64,000 nucleotides of DNA from Thermodesulfobacteriota bacterium (lineage in GTDB: Bacteria; Desulfobacterota; Desulfovibrionia; Desulfovibrionales; Desulfovibrionaceae): NCBI GenBank assembly GCA_040753075.1, contig JBFMHA010000007.1, positions 18,472 to 82,471 of the forward strand, in the 5' to 3' direction. The notes below the pieces were generated by a model. That model ran no database searches. It saw nothing but the letters and a program-made list of their open reading frames with translations, and was not told the origin of the DNA. The position numbers were made by a program, and so were the translations under genes. Positions 58,012 to 64,000 of the stretch are shown here, one piece after another. How positions within the stretch are numbered: the first letter of the stretch is position 1; each line of letters starts with the position of its first letter.

Positions 58012-58625
58012 CTCCCCGGCTTGCGGTGCGCCCACAGGGTGGGCGCCAGGAACTGGCCGGGCAGTCTGGTTTCCTCGATGGCCCGCACCACGCCGGGCCA
58101 TTCCGCCGTATAGTCGTCGCACACCAGCCAGCCGCCGGGCCGGACCTTGGGGTGCCAGTCGGCCAGGTCGGCGCTGACCTCCTCGTACTGGTGCCCGGCG
58201 TCCACGAACACCAGGTCCAGGGACCCGGGCTCGAAGCGCTGGGCCGCATCGCGGGTGCGGCCCCGGAGCACCGTGACCCGGTCCCGCACGCCGAAGGCGT
58301 CCAGATTGGCGGCCAGGGCGGCCAGGTTGGTCCGGACCACCTCCTCCAGGGGCGGCTTGGCCTGGCCCGGGGCCAGCACGGTGTTCACGAAGTGGTCCAC
58401 GCAGAAGAGCACCCCGCCCGGGGGCAGGGCGCAGGCGATGGCCACCGCGCTGCGGCCCTGGAAGGTCCCCAGCTCGGCCACCCGCGCGCCCTGCGGCAGG
58501 CTCGCCACCAGTTCCTGCATGGCCAGGGCCTCGGCCACGTCGAAGTATCCGTTGATGCGGGTCCACCGCTTGAGCCCCGGGCAGCGGGGCAGATCCAGAA
58601 GCGCAGGGGGGACGGGTGCGTTCAC
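58008..58625 (-). CDS. Class I SAM-dependent methyltransferase (O-methyltransferase-like)
   Basis: 205 aa from GTG 58625. Contains VAELGTFQGRSAVAIA, LDLVFVDAGH and GGWLVCDDY. The GTGA start/stop overlaps the upstream SRAP gene. Confidence 0.75.
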   Translation of the reverse strand: MNAPVPPALLDLPRCPGLKRWTRINGYFDVAEALAMQELVASLPQGARVAELGTFQGRSAVAIACALPPGGVLFCVDHFVNTVLAPGQAKPPLEEVVRTNLAALAANLDAFGVRDRVTVLRGRTRDAAQRFEPGSLDLVFVDAGHQYEEVSADLADWHPKVRPGGWLVCDDYTAEWPGVVRAIEETRLPGQFLAPTLWAHRKPGS

Positions 58626-59296
58626 GGCTCCACCTTGTCCAGGAGCGACGGGTCGTCGTTCCTCGGGTTGTTGACCCGCTTGGACACGGGCCAGGCCTCC
58701 ATCAGTCCGGCGGGAAAGGGGGCCAGGAGCGCCTCCAGGTCCGGCCGGGTCGCGGCCGGGTCCAGCCAGGCGGCGTAGGCCGCCGGGGGCAAGATCACCG
58801 GCATGCGGTCGTGCAGCGTCGCCGCCAGGGGGTTGGCCGGGCAGGTCAGGATGGCGAAGGTGTAAAGGGTCGCGCCGGACTGCGGGTCCAGCCAGTGATC
58901 CCACAGCCCGGCGAAGGCCAGGGGTCCGCCGCCCAGCAGCCGAATCCAGTACGGCTGCTTGCCCGTCTCCTGCCGCTTCCATTCGTAGAACCCGGCCGCC
59001 GGCGCCAGGCAGCGACGGCGCTTGAACGCCGCGCGGAAGGCCGGTTTTTCGGCTGCGGTCTCGGCGCGGGCGTTGACGAGCCGCGCCCCGCCCTTGGCGT
59101 CCTTGGCCCAGGAAGGGACCAGGCCCCAGCGCAGGGAGCGCAGCACCCGCGCGCCGCTGTCCGGGTGCGGCAGCACCGCCGGGGCCTCCTGCGTGGGCGC
59201 GATGTTGTACCGCGGCGCGATCTCGTACGCCGCGTCCAGCCCGAAGTGCTCGGCCAGCACCTGACGGGGGATGTCGAACCCGAACCGTCCGCACAT
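58622..59296 (-). CDS. SOS-response-associated peptidase (SRAP/YedK family, abasic-site processing)
   Basis: 224 aa from ATG 59296. N-terminal MCGRF (catalytic Cys2), YNIAPTQ, RWGLVPSW, CLAPAAGFYEW and HDRMPVIL motifs. Confidence 0.88.
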   Translation of the reverse strand: MCGRFGFDIPRQVLAEHFGLDAAYEIAPRYNIAPTQEAPAVLPHPDSGARVLRSLRWGLVPSWAKDAKGGARLVNARAETAAEKPAFRAAFKRRRCLAPAAGFYEWKRQETGKQPYWIRLLGGGPLAFAGLWDHWLDPQSGATLYTFAILTCPANPLAATLHDRMPVILPPAAYAAWLDPAATRPDLEALLAPFPAGLMEAWPVSKRVNNPRNDDPSLLDKVEP

Positions 59297-59328
59297 GGGC
59301 GGAACATAGGTGAAAAGCGTTTGCTGGG

Positions 59329-59655
59329 CTACCCCAGGAAGCACCGCGCCCCGGCCACGATCGCCAGGCCCAGGGCGACCACGCCGAAGAAGCTGCCGGA
59401 GCGCAGGGCCAGGGCGAAGCAGGGCAGGGCGGCCCAGAGGAAGAGGTTGCCGGCCGAGAGGTCCAGGCTGCCCGCCGGGGCCAGGATGGACTGGGCGGTG
59501 AGCGCCCCGAGCACGGCCACGGGCACGTAGGACAGCCAGCGGGCCAGCAGGGGGTTCAGCTCCCGCCGGGAGAGCAGCCAGGCCGGGGCCAGGCGCGGGC
59601 CGTAGGTCACGGCGGTCATGCCCAGGATGATGAGGAAGATCGTGCGCTGGTCCAT
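59329..59655 (-). CDS. azlD: AzlD-family branched-chain amino-acid exporter small subunit
   Basis: 108 aa with 3-4 TM helices (TAVTYGPRLAPAWLL), downstream of azlC. Confidence 0.8.
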   Translation of the reverse strand: MDQRTIFLIILGMTAVTYGPRLAPAWLLSRRELNPLLARWLSYVPVAVLGALTAQSILAPAGSLDLSAGNLFLWAALPCFALALRSGSFFGVVALGLAIVAGARCFLG

Positions 59656-59662
59656 GGCTGCC

Positions 59663-60415
59663 TCACTTGGCGCCGCGCGGGGCGGCGGGCTTCTTCATGA
59701 CGGACTCGGCGGCCATGCCCAGGGTGGCGGCCAGGGCGGTGGCCGCCAGCACGCTCCACTGGCCCAGGCCCAGCCGGGGCAGGAGCAGGGCCAGGCCCGC
59801 TGCGGAAACGCCCGCGGCCAGGTGGGGCCGGCCCTTGAGCTGGCCGCAGAGCAGGGCGATGAACATGGCCGGCAGGGCGAAGTCCAGGCCCAGGGGCCGC
59901 ACGTCGCCGATGAGGGAGCCGGAGAGCGCGCCCAGCACGCTGCCCGCGACCCAGGCCGCCTGGGCGGTCATGTTCACCCCCAGGGTCGTGGCCAGGTCCC
60001 GCTCCCCGCGCTGGAACCGGGCCAGGTGCAGGGCGAAGGTCTCGTCGGTCATCTGGAAGCAGAACAGGGCCAGGAGCCGCCGCGGCCAGGACGCCAGGTG
60101 CGGGGCCAGGGCCGCGCTCATGAGCAGGTGGCGCAGGTTCACCACGAAGGTGGTGAGCACCACGGACAGGGCCGGGGCTCCCGCGGCCAGGAGCCCCACC
60201 GCGATGAGCTGGCCCGAGCCCGCGAACACGAACACCGACATGAGTCCCGCGTTCAGCGCCGACATCCCGGACTTCACCGCCAGCACCCCGAAGGCGAACC
60301 CCACGGGCACGTACCCCAGCACGATGGGCAGGGCCAGCCGCACCGACTCGCGCACAACGGCGACCCAGTTGCCGGCCGGCCGCTCCAGCGCCTCTTCCAT
60401 GATCGTCCTCCTCAT
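59663..60415 (-). CDS. azlC: AzlC-family branched-chain amino-acid exporter subunit
   Basis: 250 aa. Contains LPIVLGYVPVGFAFGVLA, SVFVFAGSGQL and NLRHLLMSAAL. Confidence 0.85.
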   Translation of the reverse strand: MRRTIMEEALERPAGNWVAVVRESVRLALPIVLGYVPVGFAFGVLAVKSGMSALNAGLMSVFVFAGSGQLIAVGLLAAGAPALSVVLTTFVVNLRHLLMSAALAPHLASWPRRLLALFCFQMTDETFALHLARFQRGERDLATTLGVNMTAQAAWVAGSVLGALSGSLIGDVRPLGLDFALPAMFIALLCGQLKGRPHLAAGVSAAGLALLLPRLGLGQWSVLAATALAATLGMAAESVMKKPAAPRGAK

Positions 60416-60718
60416 CTATTCCAGTCCGCAGGCCGCGCCGCAGCGCTCCCGGGCCTGGCCGCAGTCCATGCCCCGGCCGGTCGCGGCCTCGATGCAGGCG
60501 TCGCAGGGGGACAGGGGCTGGGCCAGGGGGCGGCATTCGCCGGCGCAGCGTCGCCAGCGCGCCAGAAAGACCTGTTCGGCCCGGTCCGAGTCGGCCAGGC
60601 GTCGGGCTTCCCGCCCGATCCGCACCTGCTCCCAGGGCAGGGCCAGGCCGACGCCGGTCAGGATTCCGAGTCCCAGAACCGCCGCCAGCACCGCCGTCAT
60701 CGCCGCGCGCCTCGCCAT
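60416..60718 (-). CDS. Hypothetical small membrane-anchored Cys-rich protein
   Basis: 100 aa from ATG 60718. One TM (AAMTAVLAAVLGLGILTGVGLAL) and 6 Cys in the tail (CAGEC, CDAC, C..., CGAAC). It abuts the azlC start. Coding status is uncertain. Confidence 0.4.
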   Translation of the reverse strand: MARRAAMTAVLAAVLGLGILTGVGLALPWEQVRIGREARRLADSDRAEQVFLARWRRCAGECRPLAQPLSPCDACIEAATGRGMDCGQARERCGAACGLE

Positions 60719-60825
60719 GGCCGCCTCCCGCGTGTGTTCACGGTCCATCCCCGATATGCGTTGCAGGGGACCAGAAAATCTGTCATGTGTACAGATACAG
60801 TTTGCATGAAAATGGACCAATACAG

Positions 60826-62280
60826 ATGAGCAAAGCCCCGGCCCTGTCCGATCCCGAGTCCCTGCGCTTCCATGCAGCCGAGCAGCACATCCTCTCTCGC
60901 CTGGCCTCGGGCGAGTTCCCGCCCGGGGCGCGGCTGCCCTCGCTGCGGGCGGCGAGCCGGGGCCTGTCCGTGTCCATCGCCACGGCCAGCCGGGCCTACC
61001 AGGAGCTGGAGCGCAAGGGCCTCATCGAGGCCCGTCCCCGCTCCGGGTACTTCGTGCGCCGCGGGGTGGGCGGCCTGCCCGAGCCGCGTTCCGCGCCCTC
61101 CCGGCCCGCCCCGCCCATCGCGGTGAACCGCTCGGGCCTCATCGCCGCGTCCCTGTCCGCCCTGGGCGACGCCTCCCTGCTGCCCCTGGGCGTGGTCTGC
61201 CCCTCGCCCGGGGTGCTGCCCGGGCCGCAACTCGCCCGGATCATGGCCGGGGTGCTGCGCCGGGAGGCCGGGCGCGACCTGAACTACACCCCCATCGCCG
61301 GGCACATGGAGCTGCGCCGGCACGTGGCCTTCCTCCGCCAGGCCATCGGCGAGGCCGCGGCCCCGGAGGACGTGGTCATCACCTGCGGGGCCATGGAGGC
61401 CCTGTACATCGCCCTGCGGGTGCTCACCCGGCCGGGCGACGCGGTGGTCATCCCCACTCCGACCTACTACTGCTTCCTGCAACTCCTGGAGACGCTGGGG
61501 GTGCGGGCCGTGGAGGTGCGCTCCCACCCGGGCCGCGGGGTGGACCCCGGGGAGCTGGCCGACGCGCTGGACCGGCACGAGGTGGCGGCCTGCGTGCTGT
61601 GCCCCAACTTCAACAACCCGGACGGCAGCCTCATGCCCGAGGAGGCCAAGGCCGAGGTGGTGCGGCTCCTGGCCGAGCGCGACATCCCCCTGGTGGAGGA
61701 CGACGTGTACGGCGACCTGCCCTTCGGTCCGGGCCGTCCCGGCACCTGCAAGGCGCACGACGGGAAGGGCCTGGTGCTGTCCTGCTCCTCCTTTTCCAAG
61801 ACCCTGGCCCCGGGCTGGCGGGTGGGCTGGATACTGCCCGGCCGGTTCATGGCCGAGGCCCTGCGGATGAAGAGCTCCACCAACGTGAGCACCGCCGCGC
61901 CGGTGCAGATGGCCCTGGCCGAGTACCTGGCCGGCGGCCGGCTCGAGCGGCATTTGAAGACCCTGCGCCAGGTGAACCAGCGCAGCGTGGCGAGCCTTCG
62001 CCACTGCCTGTCCGCGGAGTTCCCGCCCGGCACCCGGGCCAGCGATCCGCAGGGCGGCAGCCACCTCTGGGTGGAGCTCCCCCCGGGCTGCGACGGGGTG
62101 GATCTCTTCCTCAAGGCCCGCGAGGCGGGCATCGGCATCGTGCCGGGCAACGTGTTCAGCACCCGCGACGAGTTCCGCAACTTCATCCGCCTGTCCAGCG
62201 GCGGCCTGTGGAACGAGAAGCTGAGCGACGGGGTGCGGACCCTGGGCCGGCTGGCCGCGGAGGGGGCGGGCTCAGTCTGA
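60826..62280 (+). CDS. MocR/GabR-type regulator (GntR HTH fused to PLP aminotransferase-like domain)
   Basis: 484 aa from ATG 60826. HTH segment LPSLRAASRGLSVSIATASRAYQELERKGLIEARPRSGYFV, followed by a fold-type I aminotransferase-like domain (SFSKTLAPGWRVGW). Confidence 0.88.
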   Translation: MSKAPALSDPESLRFHAAEQHILSRLASGEFPPGARLPSLRAASRGLSVSIATASRAYQELERKGLIEARPRSGYFVRRGVGGLPEPRSAPSRPAPPIAVNRSGLIAASLSALGDASLLPLGVVCPSPGVLPGPQLARIMAGVLRREAGRDLNYTPIAGHMELRRHVAFLRQAIGEAAAPEDVVITCGAMEALYIALRVLTRPGDAVVIPTPTYYCFLQLLETLGVRAVEVRSHPGRGVDPGELADALDRHEVAACVLCPNFNNPDGSLMPEEAKAEVVRLLAERDIPLVEDDVYGDLPFGPGRPGTCKAHDGKGLVLSCSSFSKTLAPGWRVGWILPGRFMAEALRMKSSTNVSTAAPVQMALAEYLAGGRLERHLKTLRQVNQRSVASLRHCLSAEFPPGTRASDPQGGSHLWVELPPGCDGVDLFLKAREAGIGIVPGNVFSTRDEFRNFIRLSSGGLWNEKLSDGVRTLGRLAAEGAGSV

Positions 62281-62610
62281 GCCGAGAATGGCGGATACTT
62301 CGCGTTCGAGCAGGGGCAACTCGTTGCGCAGCAGGTCCCAGATGATGGCCGCGTCCATGCCCCAGTACTGGTGGACCAGGCGGTTGCGGAAGTCGGCGAT
62401 GCTGCGCCAGGGCACGGCGGGATGGTCCCGGCGGACCTCCTCCGGGATGCGGGCTGCGGCTTCGCCCATGATTTCCAAGAGCTTCGCCACGGCCAGCAGG
62501 GTCCGCTCGTCGGCGACGAACCCGGCGTAGTCCAGGCCGCTCGTGAACGCGCGGGCCTTGGCCGCGGCGGCGAGGATGTCCTTCAGGTAGAGGTCAGATC
62601 TGCGCGGCAT
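62272..62610 (-). CDS. hepT: HepT-like (DUF86) toxin of a type VII TA pair
   Basis: 112 aa from ATG 62610. R-x4-H motif in FRNRLVHQYW. Overlaps the upstream MNT gene by 17 nt. Confidence 0.85.
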   Translation of the reverse strand: MPRRSDLYLKDILAAAAKARAFTSGLDYAGFVADERTLLAVAKLLEIMGEAAARIPEEVRRDHPAVPWRSIADFRNRLVHQYWGMDAAIIWDLLRNELPLLEREVSAILGSD

Positions 62611-62893
62611 GGCGGGGGCCGGCCAGGATCGCGGGGCGCAGTTCCGGGCGCAGGAGATGGGTCTTGACCAGGTCCACCCGGACCCCGAAGAGGTCCTCCA
62701 GGAACAGGGCCAGGCCGGTATAGTCCCGGAACAGGCCGCGCCCTTCCTCGAACTCCACCAGGAAGTCCAGGTCGCTGCCGGGCGACGCCTCGCCCCGGGC
62801 ATAGGAGCCGAACAGCGTCAGGCTGCGCGCTCCGTAGCCGCGGATGGCCGCGCGTTCGGCGTGCAGCTTCGCGAGGATGGAGTCCTTGTCCAT
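62594..62893 (-). CDS. mntA: MntA-like minimal nucleotidyltransferase antitoxin
   Basis: 99 aa from ATG 62893. Nucleotidyltransferase motif LFGSYARGEASPGSDLDFLV. Confidence 0.85.
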   Translation of the reverse strand: MDKDSILAKLHAERAAIRGYGARSLTLFGSYARGEASPGSDLDFLVEFEEGRGLFRDYTGLALFLEDLFGVRVDLVKTHLLRPELRPAILAGPRHAAQI

Positions 62894-62999
62894 GGGAGCG
62901 AGACTAGCCCAGGGGAACGGCCTTGGCAACAGCGCCGGCTTTCCCGCAGCGGCGGCGGGGCCGCTTGCCGCGGGAGCCGGTCTCGGGTAGGCAGCGGCC

Positions 63000-63833
63000 A
63001 TGCTGCGACATACCTTCCTCCATCTGCCGGGCGTCGGGGCGGCCACGGAGAAGAAGCTCTGGAAGGCCGGGGTGCGCACCTGGGACGAGGCCCGGGAGCG
63101 CATGGCCGGGCTCCTGAGCCCGGGCCGGGCCAACCTGGCCGCGCCCCTGCTCGCCGAGTCCGCCGCGGCCCTGGCCGAGGGCGACGCCCGCTGGTTCCAG
63201 GACCGTCTGCCCTCCGAGGAATGCTGGCGGGTGTACCCCGACTTCCGGGGCCGGGCCGCGTTCCTGGACATCGAGACCACCGGCCTGAACCACGGGGACT
63301 GCATCACCACGGCCTGCATCTGGGACGGCGAGGAGTTGCGCGCCTACGTGCGCGGCGACAACCTGGGCCGCCTGGCCGACGACCTCATGGGCTACGACCT
63401 GCTGGTGTCCTACAACGGCCGCACCTTCGACGCGCCCTTCATCGAGGCCGAGTTCGACGTGCGCTTCCCCCAGGCCCACCTGGACCTGCGCTATCCCCTC
63501 AAGAAGGTGGGCCTGTCCGGCGGCCTCAAGCGCATCGAGCAGGCCCTGGGCATCGGCCGCGGCGACGTGACCGGCATGGACGGGTATTTCGCGGTGCTGC
63601 TCTGGAAGGAGTACGAGGACTCGGGCGACCCCCGGGTCCTGGAGACGCTCCTGGCCTACAACGCGGCCGACGCCGCCAACCTGGAGCGGCTGGCGGTCCA
63701 CGCGGTCAACGCCCTGCTCGCCAAGACCCCCTTCGCCGCGGACTGCGCCCTCCCGGTCCCCCGCCCCCCGGACCTGGGCCTCACGGCCCACCAGTCCGCG
63801 GTGGAGCGGGTGAGGAGACGGTTCGGGGTCTAG
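63000..63833 (+). CDS. RNase H-like (YprB-type) predicted exonuclease
   Basis: 277 aa. N-terminal HhH-like LPGVGAATEKKLWKAGVRTW, then FLDIETTGL and VSYNGRTFDAPF (DEDD-like acidic motifs). Confidence 0.75.
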   Translation: MLRHTFLHLPGVGAATEKKLWKAGVRTWDEARERMAGLLSPGRANLAAPLLAESAAALAEGDARWFQDRLPSEECWRVYPDFRGRAAFLDIETTGLNHGDCITTACIWDGEELRAYVRGDNLGRLADDLMGYDLLVSYNGRTFDAPFIEAEFDVRFPQAHLDLRYPLKKVGLSGGLKRIEQALGIGRGDVTGMDGYFAVLLWKEYEDSGDPRVLETLLAYNAADAANLERLAVHAVNALLAKTPFAADCALPVPRPPDLGLTAHQSAVERVRRRFGV

Positions 63834-64000
63834 CCCCTCCCCCACACCGCGATCACCGCCGCCCCGGCCAGCATGAGGCCCGTACCGGCCAGGCGGGCGG
63901 GGATGTCCTGCTCCCGGAAGGCGGCCCGGCCCAGGAGCACCCCGAAGAGCCCGTCCATGCGCTTCACCGCCAGCATGTAGGCGGTCTGGGTCATGACCAC
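63830..64000 (-). CDS. EamA/DMT-family transporter, C-terminal fragment (runs off window)
   Basis: Minus frame open from 64000 to TAG at 63830-63832. The translation ...MTQTAYMLAVKRMDGLFGVLLGRAAFREQDIPARLAGTGLMLAGAAVIAVWGRG resembles the last DMT helices. Not in the ORF track because it has no in-window start. Confidence 0.45.
   Translation of the reverse strand: MVMTQTAYMLAVKRMDGLFGVLLGRAAFREQDIPARLAGTGLMLAGAAVIAVWGRG

Overview
High-GC bacterial chromosomal segment. The gene content (TrmFO, DUF3795, many PAS/GGDEF/HD-GYP/MCP/two-component genes, TRAP transporters) fits a Desulfovibrionaceae-like sulfate reducer, but that assignment is inference only. The window opens in the 3' end of a type I-E cas operon (cas1 partial, cas2). 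A 113-nt leader and a 62-repeat/61-spacer CRISPR array (1036-4786) follow, and the trailer abuts a 45-nt tRNA(CAU) 3' fragment. The remaining ~59 kb holds about 55 tightly packed protein genes. These include c-di-GMP and chemotaxis genes, two paralogous ~870-aa PpsA-like phosphotransferases, and a six-gene REC/kinase operon that contains one of those paralogs. Also present are hsp20, gmd, an MFS-thiM-thiE unit, an MltC-like transglycosylase, and a 9.5-kb divergent block of uncharacterised membrane/cNMP/HEAT/MFS genes. Further on lie a TRAP/dehydrogenase/asparaginase/racemase operon with a GntR regulator, a Cache-sensor class III cyclase, a MerR-like/methyltransferase/SRAP group, azlCD, a MocR regulator, a HepT-MntA toxin-antitoxin pair and an RNase H-like exonuclease. 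Many long ORFs in the supplied track are GC-driven shadow frames or N-terminal over-extensions, so starts were re-set where the sequence supported it. The best candidates for undescribed biology are: (i) the REC/PpsA-like/HK/REC/HK/REC operon; (ii) the 595-aa compositionally atypical membrane-hairpin protein downstream of a stand-alone cNMP receptor and a transporter-HEAT fusion; (iii) the sensor-MFS fusion with its coupled 527-aa unknown partner. No functional claim here was tested by any search. All family calls rest on motifs I can read in the translations.
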